Positions 1 through 10,927 of a stretch of 64,000 bases of DNA are shown piece by piece (positions within the stretch are counted from its first letter, which is position 1; every line of letters begins with the position of its first letter). The position numbers and the translations under genes were made by a program. The notes under the pieces were generated by a model that was given only the letters and a program-made list of their open reading frames with translations, ran no database searches and was not told the origin of the DNA. Source of the stretch: an uncultured Bacteroidia bacterium (lineage in GTDB: Bacteria > Bacteroidota > Bacteroidia > Bacteroidales > Prolixibacteraceae); contig CAIYPA010000299.1 of the NCBI GenBank assembly GCA_903927965.1, positions 2,975 to 66,974 of the forward strand, written 5' to 3'.

Positions 1-255
1 ATCGGGCCTATGCATGCCAACCTGTTCGTCACAAAACGGGCCCAATTCTTGAGTGCCACTGATGAAGAAGCACTGAAAGCAGCTTTATTCTTAACCCAAT
101 GTGAAGGGATTATCCCTGCCTTGGAGTCGGCACATGCTTTGGCAGCTCTCGAAATGATCAGTTTTAAACCAGACGATGTGGTTGTGGTCAATGTTTCAGG
201 ACGCGGGGATAAGGACATGGAAGCGTATCTTAAATATTATCAATCGGTTAAATAA
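1..255 (+). CDS. trpB: Tryptophan synthase beta chain, C-terminal fragment (gene starts upstream of window)
   Basis: Frame 1 is open from the window edge. The translation ...[33 protein letters not shown]...[11 protein letters not shown] matches the conserved TrpB C-terminus. trpA lies immediately downstream. Confidence 0.85.
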   Translation: MGPMHANLFVTKRAQFLSATDEEALKAALFLTQCEGIIPALESAHALAALEMISFKPDDVVVVNVSGRGDKDMEAYLKYYQSVK

Positions 256-367
256 GGGGCTTCTGACAGCTGGCGACTGGCTACTGGTAATTTGCTGCTG
301 GTACTGATAAAGAAGTAATTATTTCAGAAATTAAAAGTTTAAAAACTAAATTTCAAATCAAACATCA

Positions 368-1144
368 ATGGAAAACCGTATCATACAACTCTTTAAGAGA
401 AAAGATAAAAATATATTATCGATCTATTTTACAGCGGGTTACCCAAACTTGGAGGACACCGTGAAGATTATAGCAGAACTTGAGAAGAACGGGGCCGACC
501 TGATCGAAATCGGGATCCCTTTTTCGGATCCGGTTGCCGATGGGCCAGTGATTCAAAAAAGCTCTGAGATTGCTTTAAATAACGGAATGTCGGTCAGCTT
601 TTTGTTCGATCAATTGAAAGATATCAGAAAAGAAATATCAATTCCTTTAATATTAATGAGTTATCTAAATCCTGTAATGCAATATGGGATTGAGAATTTC
701 TGTAAGAAATGTAGTGAAATCGGGATAGACGGGACGATCATCCCGGATCTGCCGCTCGAAATCTTTGACAAGGGCTATAAAGGATTTTTTGAATCCAATA
801 ATTTAAGCAATATCTTTCTGATTACCCCTCAGACCATAGAAAATAGGATCAGAAAAATCGATGCGCTCTCTTCCGGTTTTATCTATTTGGTTTCCTCATC
901 TTCTACCACGGGTGTAAAAACTACGGAAGTTGACTTGGGACAAATGGCCTATTTTGAAAGAATCCACAAGATGAACCTCAAGTCGAAATTTTTGGTCGGG
1001 TTTGGAATATCCGATAGTGCATCGTTTGATGCTGCAGCTAAATTTACCAATGGCGCAATCATTGGAAGCGCCTTTATCAAATCACTTGAAGCGGAGGGTT
1101 CAATTGCAGACAAAGTGGAAGCATTTGTCAAACAATTCAAATGA
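368..1144 (+). CDS. trpA: Tryptophan synthase alpha chain
   Basis: 258 aa. It has the TrpA hallmarks LIEIGIPFSDPVADGPVIQ and GFGIS, and sits directly after trpB. Confidence 0.95.
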   Translation: MENRIIQLFKRKDKNILSIYFTAGYPNLEDTVKIIAELEKNGADLIEIGIPFSDPVADGPVIQKSSEIALNNGMSVSFLFDQLKDIRKEISIPLILMSYLNPVMQYGIENFCKKCSEIGIDGTIIPDLPLEIFDKGYKGFFESNNLSNIFLITPQTIENRIRKIDALSSGFIYLVSSSSTTGVKTTEVDLGQMAYFERIHKMNLKSKFLVGFGISDSASFDAAAKFTNGAIIGSAFIKSLEAEGSIADKVEAFVKQFK

Positions 1145-1289
1145 TTAAAAAATCATTTTCACATGATTATTTTCAATGATGTACATTTATAAATAAAGTT
1201 AAATTTGCGCCGATAAACGATTTAGTTGCAATGGCAGGCTTCATAACCGGGAATGTCACTGTAGATACACATAATAATAATAGTTACGG

Positions 1290-3440
1290 ATGAAAAAAAG
1301 TTTAGCAGCTCTCTTTGCCATTGTGCTCATTTTTAACCTAAGCTCCAAAGCCGATGAAGGGATGTGGCTACCTTCGCTTGTTGGAAAATTGAACATTCAG
1401 AAAATGAACGCCATGGGATGTAATCTGACAGCAGAACAGATATACAGCATCAACCAGTCAAGTTTAAAAGATGCCGTGGTTGCCCTCGACCGCGGTTCAT
1501 GTACAGCCGAAATCATATCTGCCGATGGCTTACTCCTTACCAATCACCATTGCGGTTTTGGCGAAATCCAGGCGCATAGTTCTGTTGAACACGATTATCT
1601 CAGGGATGGTTTCTGGGCACTGAAACGCGAAGATGAACTTGTCAATCCGGGTAAGTCGGTTACTTTCCTGATACGCATGGAAGATGTGACCGATCAGGTA
1701 TTGGCGGGTGTTACCGATAATATGGATGATAAGGCTCGTATGGGTAAAGTTCGCGAAGTATCTTCAAAAATAGAAAAAGATGCCAAAGGTGAAACAGCTT
1801 ACGAAACACGAGTTCGGAGTTTTTTTGAATCAAACAGATATTATTTATTTGTTACAGAGACATTTAAAGACATTCGACTTGTTGGGACTCCCCCACAGTC
1901 TTTGGGCAAGTTTGGTGGTGAAACCGACAACTGGATGTGGCCGCGCCATACTTGCGATTTCTCGATGTTCCGCGTTTATTGCGCCCCTGATGGCAAACCG
2001 GCTGCTTATTCAAAAGACAATGTTCCTTATCATCCCAAACATTTTCTTCCGATTTCGTTAAAAGGCATTGGTAAAAATGACTTTACCATGGTAATGGGCT
2101 ATCCGGGTACTACAACCCGTTACAGGACATCCAAAGAGGTAAAATATACTATGGATGTTGTCAACACCGTTAGGATTATTGCAAGGGAGGCTAAATTGAA
2201 CATTATCAGCAACTTTATGGCAACTAGCCAAAAGGCCAGGATACAGTACGCTTCAAAATTTGCAAGAAGTTCAAACTATTACAAATACTCGATCGGCCAG
2301 AACAAAGGTCTGGCTGCGCTTAATGTGATCGGTAAAAAAGAAGCCATCGAAAAGGACTTTATGAAATGGGTAAACGAATCACCCGAAAGGATCGCAAAAT
2401 ATGGCACTGCCCTCGATTCCATCAATGCTGCCTTTCAAACTGTCGATGAAAAAATTGCATCCCAATATGCCCGTGAAGCACTTTTGGGTGGGGCAGAAGT
2501 ATTTGGGTTTTCAGCTGGTGCATCTTCACTTTACCAGGCCTTAAAAGGGAAAAATAAAGACAATATTGAGTCCGCAGCAAAGGTTGTGCAAAAATCGTTG
2601 GATGAATATTTTAAGGATTACGATGCCAACACCGACATGAAAGTTGCCGGGGCCTTATTGAAAATTTATGCGGCAAAAGTCTCTCCCAAATATATTCCTT
2701 CGATTTTTGAGGTCGTGAAATCCAAATTTAAAGGCAATTTTGACCTGTATGTTCAAAAAATGTTCGATAAATCCCTATTTGTCGATAAGACCAGGATGGA
2801 ATCGTTCCTGAAAAACCCATCTTTAAAAGTCCTTGAAAAAGACATGGCTTTTGTGGCCATGCGTTCTATCTTCGAGACTTTGAATACAATAAACCAGGAT
2901 ATGAACAAATCGACTGGTAAGGTTGAAAGGGCCCGGCGATTGTTTGTTGCCGGATTAAACGAAATGAACAGTAACAAATCAATTTATCCTGACGCCAATT
3001 CAACAATGCGCTTAACCTACGGCGAGGTAAATGGTTATGAGCCCCGTGATGCCACCTATTATAACTACTTCACGACGTTGAAAGGGTATCCTGAGAAAGG
3101 GATTGCCGGCGATGTTGACTTCGATTTTCCACAGAAAGTTATTGATCTCTACAATGCCAAAGATTACGGTCAGTACGGGGATAAGGATGGCACCTTGCAT
3201 ACTTGTTTTACCTCAAATAACGACATCACAGGTGGTAATTCAGGAAGTCCGGTCATGAACGGCAATGGCGAACTGATTGGAATCGCATTCGATGGCAACT
3301 GGGAAGCCATGAGCGGCGATATTGCCTATGAGGCTGAAATTCAAAAATGTATCAATGTGGACATCCGGTTTGTCCTTTGGACAATTGATAAGTACGCTGG
3401 TGCGACCCATTTGATCAACGAGATGAAGCTGGTCAGATAG
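1290..3440 (+). CDS. S46 family dipeptidyl-peptidase (DPP7/DPP11-like), secreted
   Basis: 716 aa with an N-terminal signal peptide. The family signature DEGMWLP follows the signal, with catalytic His context LTNHHCG and catalytic Ser context TGGNSGSPV. Confidence 0.9.
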   Translation: MKKSLAALFAIVLIFNLSSKADEGMWLPSLVGKLNIQKMNAMGCNLTAEQIYSINQSSLKDAVVALDRGSCTAEIISADGLLLTNHHCGFGEIQAHSSVEHDYLRDGFWALKREDELVNPGKSVTFLIRMEDVTDQVLAGVTDNMDDKARMGKVREVSSKIEKDAKGETAYETRVRSFFESNRYYLFVTETFKDIRLVGTPPQSLGKFGGETDNWMWPRHTCDFSMFRVYCAPDGKPAAYSKDNVPYHPKHFLPISLKGIGKNDFTMVMGYPGTTTRYRTSKEVKYTMDVVNTVRIIAREAKLNIISNFMATSQKARIQYASKFARSSNYYKYSIGQNKGLAALNVIGKKEAIEKDFMKWVNESPERIAKYGTALDSINAAFQTVDEKIASQYAREALLGGAEVFGFSAGASSLYQALKGKNKDNIESAAKVVQKSLDEYFKDYDANTDMKVAGALLKIYAAKVSPKYIPSIFEVVKSKFKGNFDLYVQKMFDKSLFVDKTRMESFLKNPSLKVLEKDMAFVAMRSIFETLNTINQDMNKSTGKVERARRLFVAGLNEMNSNKSIYPDANSTMRLTYGEVNGYEPRDATYYNYFTTLKGYPEKGIAGDVDFDFPQKVIDLYNAKDYGQYGDKDGTLHTCFTSNNDITGGNSGSPVMNGNGELIGIAFDGNWEAMSGDIAYEAEIQKCINVDIRFVLWTIDKYAGATHLINEMKLVR

Positions 3441-3530
3441 AACGGTCATTTCAAATGTATATGAAGCTGGAGCGGATCGGGATTGCACTTCCCGGATCGC
3501 TTCAGCTTCATAATTTTTAACAAGAAATTT

Positions 3531-4007
3531 ATGGCAGTTACCGAAAATCCTGAAATCACTATCTACACCGATGGTGCGGCACGTGGCAATCCCGGACCCG
3601 GAGGTTATGGGGTTGTTTTGATTTCTGGTCATTATCGGAAAGAACTTTCGAAGGGATTCAAACTCACCACCAATAACAGGATGGAGTTGATGGCAGTTTT
3701 GGCCGGGCTGGAGGCATTAAAAGTGAAACCTTGTAAAGTCACAATCTATACCGACTCAAAGTATGTTGTTGATTCGGTCGAGAAAAGATGGGTTTTCAAC
3801 TGGCTAAAAACCAACTTTAAAGGAAAGAAAAATAGTGACTTGTGGAAGAGGTTCCTGATCACCTATCCGCTTCATTCTATAAAATTTGTATGGATAAAGG
3901 GACATGCCAATATTCCTGGAAATGAGCGGTGCGACCAACTTGCCGTAGCGGCTTCCTTTGAACCTAATTTACCTGATGATATTGGATATCAAAACAATAA
4001 CGAATGA
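3531..4007 (+). CDS. rnhA: Ribonuclease HI
   Basis: The sequence IYTDGAARGNPGPGGYG...TNNRMEL...YTDSKYV...WIKGHA..GNERCD is the RNase H fold signature. I chose the ATG at 3531 (MAVTENPE...) over the longer track ORF starting at 3483. Confidence 0.9.
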   Translation: MAVTENPEITIYTDGAARGNPGPGGYGVVLISGHYRKELSKGFKLTTNNRMELMAVLAGLEALKVKPCKVTIYTDSKYVVDSVEKRWVFNWLKTNFKGKKNSDLWKRFLITYPLHSIKFVWIKGHANIPGNERCDQLAVAASFEPNLPDDIGYQNNNE

Positions 4008-4069
4008 CATTTTTGGTTTCGTATATTTGCTTAAATGAAATACATTTGTAAACCCAAATTTATAAAAAA

Positions 4070-5299
4070 ATGAGGTGGCTTTACAACTTAGGAATACTTG
4101 TATATTACCTGCTGGTTCGGATTGCTTCGATTCGGAACGAAAAAGCCAGAAAATGGATTGAAGGCCGGCACGATATTTTCAAACGGCTTAGCGCGACCAT
4201 TATACCAGGTGAACCATTGCTGTGGTTTCATGCCTCGTCTTTAGGAGAGTTTGAACAAGGAAGGCCTGTAATAGAAGCCATTCGAAAATTAAAACCTGAA
4301 TACAAAATTCTGCTCACTTTCTTTTCCCCTTCAGGATACGAATTGAGGAAAAATTATGAACACGCCGATTACATTTTTTATCTTCCCCTTGATACCCGGA
4401 AAAATGCCAAAAGGTTTATTTCAATTGTAAAACCCGAAAAGGTATTTTTTATTAAATATGAATTTTGGTATCATTTTTTGACCCAGCTAAAAGAAGCCGG
4501 GATACCCACCTACATTTTTTCCGCATTGTTCCGGCCTTCACAGATCTTTTTCAAACCGTGGGGAAAATGGTATCTGAATGCCATTGCAAGTTACGAACAT
4601 ATTTTTGTACAAAACCAATCGTCATACGACCTGCTTCTAAAATTCAATTTTAAAAATGTATCAATGTCAGGTGATACTCGCCTGGATCGTGTGAGCGAAA
4701 TTTCAGACGCTGCACCCCTCCTGCAAAAACTTGATTTTTTTTGCCAGGGAGAAAAAGTCATTGTGGCGGGAAGTACATGGAAAGAAGATGAAGACTTATT
4801 AATCCCATACATAAACAAATCTCCTCTTGGCCGCAAATTTGTTATTGCACCCCATGAAGTGACCCCTCAAAACCTTGATAGGATTGTTAATGTACTCGAA
4901 AAATCCTATGTTCTTTATTCAAAAGCTACGAAGGAAAGTTTGATAAAGGCAGAAGTCCTGATTGTGGATGGATATGGGTATTTGGTTTCAGTTTACCGTT
5001 ACGGCAAACTGGCTTATGTAGGTGGAGGATTCACCTCTGGCATCCACAGCATCCTCGAACCTGCTGCTTTTGGACTACCCGTAATTTTTGGAACCGATTA
5101 TCATAAATTCCAGGAAGCCTACGACATGATAAACCTTGGAGCAGCCATTTGCATCAGCAATTATGAAGAACTCGAATCTCGAATGGACACCTTTCTTTCA
5201 AATCCCAAAATTCTCAAAGATGCTTCAACCTGTGCTGTTGACTATGTCGATCAAAATCGGGGAGCATCAAAAGAAATTGTGAAATACCTTTTTAGTTAA
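4070..5299 (+). CDS. waaA: 3-deoxy-D-manno-octulosonic acid (Kdo) transferase
   Basis: 409 aa with an N-terminal membrane anchor and the conserved WFHASSLGEFEQGRPVIE motif typical of KdtA/WaaA. Confidence 0.88.
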   Translation: MRWLYNLGILVYYLLVRIASIRNEKARKWIEGRHDIFKRLSATIIPGEPLLWFHASSLGEFEQGRPVIEAIRKLKPEYKILLTFFSPSGYELRKNYEHADYIFYLPLDTRKNAKRFISIVKPEKVFFIKYEFWYHFLTQLKEAGIPTYIFSALFRPSQIFFKPWGKWYLNAIASYEHIFVQNQSSYDLLLKFNFKNVSMSGDTRLDRVSEISDAAPLLQKLDFFCQGEKVIVAGSTWKEDEDLLIPYINKSPLGRKFVIAPHEVTPQNLDRIVNVLEKSYVLYSKATKESLIKAEVLIVDGYGYLVSVYRYGKLAYVGGGFTSGIHSILEPAAFGLPVIFGTDYHKFQEAYDMINLGAAICISNYEELESRMDTFLSNPKILKDASTCAVDYVDQNRGASKEIVKYLFS

Positions 5300-5579
5300 C
5301 AACTCCTTCCGGTCGTTTTTCCCGCTCATTTCAATTGTAAATCTGTATATCTCAAACTATTGACGCTTCCGAAATTTCGCATTTTGGTTAACTTTTTGGC
5401 TTCGCGAAAATTGTATAAATTTGTATTTCAAGCTATTAACACAGTTCAGTTGATAACTTTTAAAATCTTTTCCAAAAATTGTGGTGATAATTATTTTACG
5501 CTGTCTATCTTGCAACCAAAGCAATAAGGGTTAATGAATGTCTATAAAAGTAATAAAATCAACCTAATAATTAGAAGCG

Positions 5580-8126
5580 ATGGAAGTGAAAGAGATCAAA
5601 TCTCAACCAAAAGATGAACCGCCAAAAACTTTTTCCCCGGATGAGGCCTTTGTGGCGTCCGTGAAATATTTCAAAGGTGATGAACTGGCCGCCCGGGTCT
5701 GGGTCAACAAATATGCACTGAAGGATTCCTATGGTAACATATTCGAATTGACACCTGACGATCTACATAGACGTTTGGCATCCGAAATAGCCAGGATCGA
5801 GAAAAAATATCCAAACCCACTTTCCGAGGATCAATTATTTGACTTGTTCAAAGATTTCAAATATATCGTTCCGCAAGGAGGCCCAATGACTGGCATCGGA
5901 AATGAATTTCAGGTTGGTTCGTTGTCGAACTGCTTTGTTGTTGGAAATGGTGCTGATTCCTATGGTGGAATCATCATGGTGGATCAGGAACAGGTACAAC
6001 TTATGAAACGACGTGGCGGTGTTGGCCACGATTTGTCCCACATCCGGCCAAAGGGGTCACCAGTGAAGAATTCGGCCCTTACCTCTACCGGGATTGTCCC
6101 TTTTATGGAACGGTTCTCCAATTCGACTCGTGAAGTGGCACAAGATGGCCGCCGTGGGGCATTGATGTTGTCTGTTTCCATCAAACATCCCGATTCCGGT
6201 GATTTTATTGGAGCCAAAATGGATGAGGGAAAAGTAACAGGTGCGAATGTATCAGTAAAAATTGACGACGAATTTATGAAGGCGGTACAAGCTAAAACCA
6301 TGTACCAGCAAAAATACCCAATCGATAGTACCGACCCTATCTATTCGGTTGAAACCGATGCAAACAAGCTTTGGGAAAAAATCGTGTTCAATGCATGGAA
6401 ATCGGCTGAACCCGGAATCCTCTTTTGGGACACGATAATCCGTGAATCGGTTCCCGACTGTTATGCAGATCTGGGATATAAGACAGTTTCGACCAACCCA
6501 TGCGGAGAAATCCCCTTATGCCCTTATGACAGTTGCAGGTTAATCGCATTAAACCTCTACTCATATGTAGATCACCCATTTACACCGAAAGCCAAGTTTA
6601 ATTTTAATCTGTTTAAAAAACATATCCGCCAGACCCAGCAGATCATGGATGACATTATTGACCTGGAACTGGAAAAAATTGATGCCATTTACAGTAAGAT
6701 CATCTCAGATCCCGAGGACGATGAAATCAAGCTCGTTGAAATCAACTTATGGGAAAAAATCAAAAATATGGCCATCAATGGGCGTCGTACAGGCATTGGC
6801 ATTACTGCTGAAGGCGACATGGTTGCTGCGCTTGGATTGCGGTATGGTTCAGAAGCTGCCGTCGAATTTTCGGTAGAAGTGCATAAAATTGTTGCACTGG
6901 AAGCATATCGCGGATCTGTACAACTGGCAAAAGAGAGGGGCGCATTCCCGATTTATGATTCCAAACGTGAAAAAAACAATCCGTTTATCCAACGCCTGGC
7001 TCAGGCCGACCCGGAATTGTACAAAGACATGGCCCGTTTTGGCCGAAGGAATATTGCACTGCTTACGATTGCCCCAACTGGAACTACAAGCCTGATGACC
7101 CAGACAACATCTGGCATTGAACCAGTCTTTATGCCAGTTTATAAACGGCGCCGCAAGGTAAATCCCAACGATAAGGATGCGAGGGTTGATTTTGTGGACG
7201 AATCAAACGATAGTTGGGAAGAATATATGGTGTTCCACCATAAGTTCAAAACCTGGATGGAAGTCAACGGCCACGAGCTCAAAAGGAATTATTCCAACGA
7301 AGAGTTGGATGCCTTGATTGCAAAATCACCCTATCACAAAGCAACTTCAAACGACATCGATTGGGTATCAAAAGTCAAAATGCAGGGAGAAATCCAGAAA
7401 TGGGTCGATCATTCCATTTCTGTTACCATTAACTTACCGGAAGAAGCAACAGAAGAACTTGTCAACAAGCTCTATTTCACTGCGTGGGAAAGTGGGTGCA
7501 AAGGTGTCACGGTTTATCGTGAAGGCTCCAGGTCTGGCGTTTTGATCTCGACCAAGGACAAAAAGAAGGATGGCGTCTTTCCGACCAAACGGCCTGAGAT
7601 ATTGGATGCCGACATTGTCAGGTTGCAAAATAACAAAGAGAAATGGATTGCCTTTATTGGCCTGATCGAGGGCAAACCTTATGAAATATTTACTGGTTTG
7701 GCTGATGATGAGGACGGATTACTACTTCCACGTTCGGTTCAGAATGGTTGGATTATTAAAGGGCGTGAAGAGTCTGGTGCCTCAAGATATGATTTTCAGT
7801 ACCGGAACACCCGTGGTTATAAGACAACCATTGAAGGGTTATCTTACAAATTCAATCCAATCTTCTGGAATTATGCCAAATTGATTTCCAGTGTTTTACG
7901 TCATGGAATGCCGATTGAGAAAGTTGTCGAACTGGTTTCCAGCCTTCAGTTTGATGTCGAATCGATCAACACCTGGAAAAATGGGGTTGCACGTGCCCTT
8001 AAAAAATACATCCCAAATGGTACTGTGGCTGAAGATGCCAAGTGCGAAGCATGTGGTTCAGTCAATGTGATTTATCAGGAAGGTTGTCTGATCTGTCAGG
8101 ACTGTGCTTCATCCAAATGTGGTTGA
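5580..8126 (+). CDS. nrdJ: Adenosylcobalamin-dependent (class II) ribonucleotide reductase
   Basis: 848 aa. Active-site region STNPCGEIPL, class II motif GCKGVTVYREGSRSGVL, and a C-terminal Cys-rich ribbon CEACGS...CLICQDC. Confidence 0.88.
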   Translation: MEVKEIKSQPKDEPPKTFSPDEAFVASVKYFKGDELAARVWVNKYALKDSYGNIFELTPDDLHRRLASEIARIEKKYPNPLSEDQLFDLFKDFKYIVPQGGPMTGIGNEFQVGSLSNCFVVGNGADSYGGIIMVDQEQVQLMKRRGGVGHDLSHIRPKGSPVKNSALTSTGIVPFMERFSNSTREVAQDGRRGALMLSVSIKHPDSGDFIGAKMDEGKVTGANVSVKIDDEFMKAVQAKTMYQQKYPIDSTDPIYSVETDANKLWEKIVFNAWKSAEPGILFWDTIIRESVPDCYADLGYKTVSTNPCGEIPLCPYDSCRLIALNLYSYVDHPFTPKAKFNFNLFKKHIRQTQQIMDDIIDLELEKIDAIYSKIISDPEDDEIKLVEINLWEKIKNMAINGRRTGIGITAEGDMVAALGLRYGSEAAVEFSVEVHKIVALEAYRGSVQLAKERGAFPIYDSKREKNNPFIQRLAQADPELYKDMARFGRRNIALLTIAPTGTTSLMTQTTSGIEPVFMPVYKRRRKVNPNDKDARVDFVDESNDSWEEYMVFHHKFKTWMEVNGHELKRNYSNEELDALIAKSPYHKATSNDIDWVSKVKMQGEIQKWVDHSISVTINLPEEATEELVNKLYFTAWESGCKGVTVYREGSRSGVLISTKDKKKDGVFPTKRPEILDADIVRLQNNKEKWIAFIGLIEGKPYEIFTGLADDEDGLLLPRSVQNGWIIKGREESGASRYDFQYRNTRGYKTTIEGLSYKFNPIFWNYAKLISSVLRHGMPIEKVVELVSSLQFDVESINTWKNGVARALKKYIPNGTVAEDAKCEACGSVNVIYQEGCLICQDCASSKCG

Positions 8127-8263
8127 TACAATGCGAAATTTAATACAGGAGGCCCGAAAGTTTGGGTCTCTTTTTTTATGTTATCTCAATTTTTGTCTCA
8201 CAATATTTTTCACAAACAAATCCCAATTCAGGATCACAATCCCATTCATTAAAACAGTAACAT

Positions 8264-10924
8264 ATGGAACTTCCTCAACTGATTAAAAAGCAAATTGAGA
8301 AACTCGGCAAAATCCTTTCCAACAATGAGTTAGCAATGGGGGAAATCATCTTTAACAACAATGATTGTCAAGTCCTGTCACAATCGGCAGTCAGGTTTGA
8401 GTTAATCGTCAATTTTTCTGAATCAAGGCCCTCCAAGGAATGTAGCCTGAATATTGTTGATGAAGATATAATACCGTCAATTGAAGGGGAAAATATAGGC
8501 TGGAACCAGCATTCATATGCATGCCTGCTCGAAGTTGAGAACGAATTAAAGTATCTTGACCCGAGGGAACCTGTCGAGCATAAGAAATATACACGGGAAG
8601 GGATGATCAAACGGGTCATGCTAGAACGAAGACAAAAAGCAGATAAAGCAAAATACCGGATAAAATGGGCCTCAAATATTTATGGGGATCATATGCTGAC
8701 CAACGAAAATGGGGTAAAGTACAAAATCTTTTTACGCGATTTTGAAAACGAAACCGGTTACAGCGACAGCATGGACTCCCGGCTCAATAAATTGGGGACG
8801 ACCAAACACATCATGTTTGCATTTCAACAGTTAAAAGAAGATAAGGCACTTTACACCAAATTAAATAAAATTGGCCCTTTTATAGAGGTCTTTTGTGACC
8901 CACTCAACGAATATAAAATATCCTGGTTTTATCCGCATACTTTGCCACTTCAGGAACAAGTACTTATTTCAAGATATTTCAAAAATAACAGATTTATTGA
9001 AGAGGACCAGATCAAGAATTTTCTCGGGTTTCTTGACGAATCTGTTTCTTTGCCTAAAATTCATATCCGGCCTGAAGTGCGTGAAAAAATAGAGTTGGTA
9101 TTTGAAAAGGACCTGCTTGAAAATTTGCACGACAAATGGAAACCTGACTTTTCTGCGATTCATGCTGAATTGTTCCCCTACCAGAAGGAGGGGATTGAGT
9201 TTGCCTTATTCCGAAAAGCCTCCATCATCGCTGATGAAATGGGGCTTGGAAAAACGATACAGGCTATCGGGACTGCATTGCTAAAGAAGCAGGTATTCGG
9301 GTTCAAAAAAGTCCTTGTTGTATGCCCTGCATCGCTCAAAGGACAATGGAAAATGGAAATTGAGAAATTCTGTGATGAAAAAGCCCTTATTGTTCAAGGT
9401 TTTCCCAATGAAAGGGCACTCCAATATCAGGACGCTGACCATTTGTTTTTTATCGTCAATTACGAGACTATTTTGAGGGACAACCTTGCAATCAACAAAG
9501 CAGGAATCGACTTTCTGATTCTTGATGAGGCCCAACGGGCAAAAAATTATGAAACCAAAACAGCCTCGTCCATCAAACGGCTCAAATCAAAACACACACT
9601 TGTAATTACTGGAACTCCCATTGAAAACCGACTGATTGATATCTTTTCTATTCTTAGCATAATTGATCCCTATTTTTTCGGTCCCCTATGGGAATTCTCC
9701 TACCAACACTGTTTGTTTGATCCTGACCGTCGCGACAAAATCAATGGCTATTACAACCTCCAGAAACTCAATAAAGAGTTGGAACAGATCCTTATCAGGC
9801 GTGAAAAAAGAAAGGTTATAGATCAATTACCCAACGTCATACAGACCAATATCCCAGTCAACCTTTCTCCCTTACAAGCCGAGTACCATGCGGGTTATGC
9901 CAAAGGCATCGCTCAGATCATCCGTAAAAAATTCATGACACCTTACGATCTCCAGCATTTACAGTTGCTATTGGCCAATATGCGGATGGTATGCGATTCC
10001 ACCTATCTGATTGATGAAGAAACCAACGAATCACCCAAGTTGGATGAATTGAAATACATCCTTCTCGAAAAAATGGAGATCCAGAACACTGAAAAGAAAA
10101 TAATCATCTTTTCAGAGTGGGTCAAGGTTCACAAATTGATCGGTAGGATGTTGCGCGACAATAACATAGGGTTTGTCGAACTAAATGGATCAGTTCCTGT
10201 CAAATTGCGTGGGGAGATCATCAAAAAATTTGAAACGAATCCGAATTGTAAAATTTTCTTATCAACAGAAGCAGGTGGAACGGGTCTCAACCTTCAGGTC
10301 GCAGATACCCTCATTAATTTTGAACTTCCCTGGAACCCAGCCAAAAAGAACCAGCGGATAGGACGAATCGACCGGATAGGACAAAAAAGCAGCAAACTCA
10401 CAATCCTCAATTTTATTACACGCAATTCAATCGAGCAACAAATTGCATCGGGATTGTTGGTTAAACAAAGCCTTTTTGATGGGGTTCTGGACAGTTCAAG
10501 CCATACGGATTATGTCGATTTTTCAAGCAAAGGAAGGTCCCAGTTTATCCAACAGCTTGAAGAGTTTATTTTGGCTGCCGAAAGCATTGGATTGGAAAAG
10601 GAAATGGATGAGATAATTTCTACAAATACAACCTCTCCCGTAGATTTGCCGGAAGGACCATCTGAACCCGAAGTTATTAACTTGGTTGAGGAGGTGGCCG
10701 AAGAAATCCCTGAAATCGTTGAAGATTTGCAGCCTTCATCAAATCAGGTGGTTGCCGACCAAAAGGCGCAGGAAGTCGAACAAGTGATGAACAATGGGAT
10801 GCAATTCCTTGCAGGATTATTTAAAATGTCAACCGGAAAAGACCTTGGCCTGGAAAACCAAACGATAGAAATCAATAAACAGACTGGCGAGGTTGTAATG
10901 AGGTTTAAACTTCCTATAATTTAA
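8264..10924 (+). CDS. SNF2-family DEAD/DEAH-box helicase with an uncharacterised ~300-aa N-terminal region and an acidic tail
   Basis: 886 aa. Helicase motif I ADEMGLGKT, motif II ILDEAQRAKN, and a helicase-C region (STEAGGTGLNLQ, QRIGRIDRIGQ). Confidence 0.85.
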   Translation: MELPQLIKKQIEKLGKILSNNELAMGEIIFNNNDCQVLSQSAVRFELIVNFSESRPSKECSLNIVDEDIIPSIEGENIGWNQHSYACLLEVENELKYLDPREPVEHKKYTREGMIKRVMLERRQKADKAKYRIKWASNIYGDHMLTNENGVKYKIFLRDFENETGYSDSMDSRLNKLGTTKHIMFAFQQLKEDKALYTKLNKIGPFIEVFCDPLNEYKISWFYPHTLPLQEQVLISRYFKNNRFIEEDQIKNFLGFLDESVSLPKIHIRPEVREKIELVFEKDLLENLHDKWKPDFSAIHAELFPYQKEGIEFALFRKASIIADEMGLGKTIQAIGTALLKKQVFGFKKVLVVCPASLKGQWKMEIEKFCDEKALIVQGFPNERALQYQDADHLFFIVNYETILRDNLAINKAGIDFLILDEAQRAKNYETKTASSIKRLKSKHTLVITGTPIENRLIDIFSILSIIDPYFFGPLWEFSYQHCLFDPDRRDKINGYYNLQKLNKELEQILIRREKRKVIDQLPNVIQTNIPVNLSPLQAEYHAGYAKGIAQIIRKKFMTPYDLQHLQLLLANMRMVCDSTYLIDEETNESPKLDELKYILLEKMEIQNTEKKIIIFSEWVKVHKLIGRMLRDNNIGFVELNGSVPVKLRGEIIKKFETNPNCKIFLSTEAGGTGLNLQVADTLINFELPWNPAKKNQRIGRIDRIGQKSSKLTILNFITRNSIEQQIASGLLVKQSLFDGVLDSSSHTDYVDFSSKGRSQFIQQLEEFILAAESIGLEKEMDEIISTNTTSPVDLPEGPSEPEVINLVEEVAEEIPEIVEDLQPSSNQVVADQKAQEVEQVMNNGMQFLAGLFKMSTGKDLGLENQTIEINKQTGEVVMRFKLPII

Positions 10925-10927
10925 AGA

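Noticed and set aside
3240-3632. A 130-aa minus-strand ORF spanning the S46 peptidase 3' end and the rnhA 5' end.
   Set aside because: It overlaps two well-supported plus-strand genes and has no recognisable domain.
5300-5579. Possible cobalamin riboswitch or NrdR box in the 280-bp region upstream of the B12-dependent ribonucleotide reductase.
   Set aside because: I found no B12-box-like core (…GCCACTG…), and no conserved stem architecture or obvious palindromic operator by eye. The region is AT-rich and looks like an ordinary promoter and leader. A covariance-model scan would be needed to exclude it formally.
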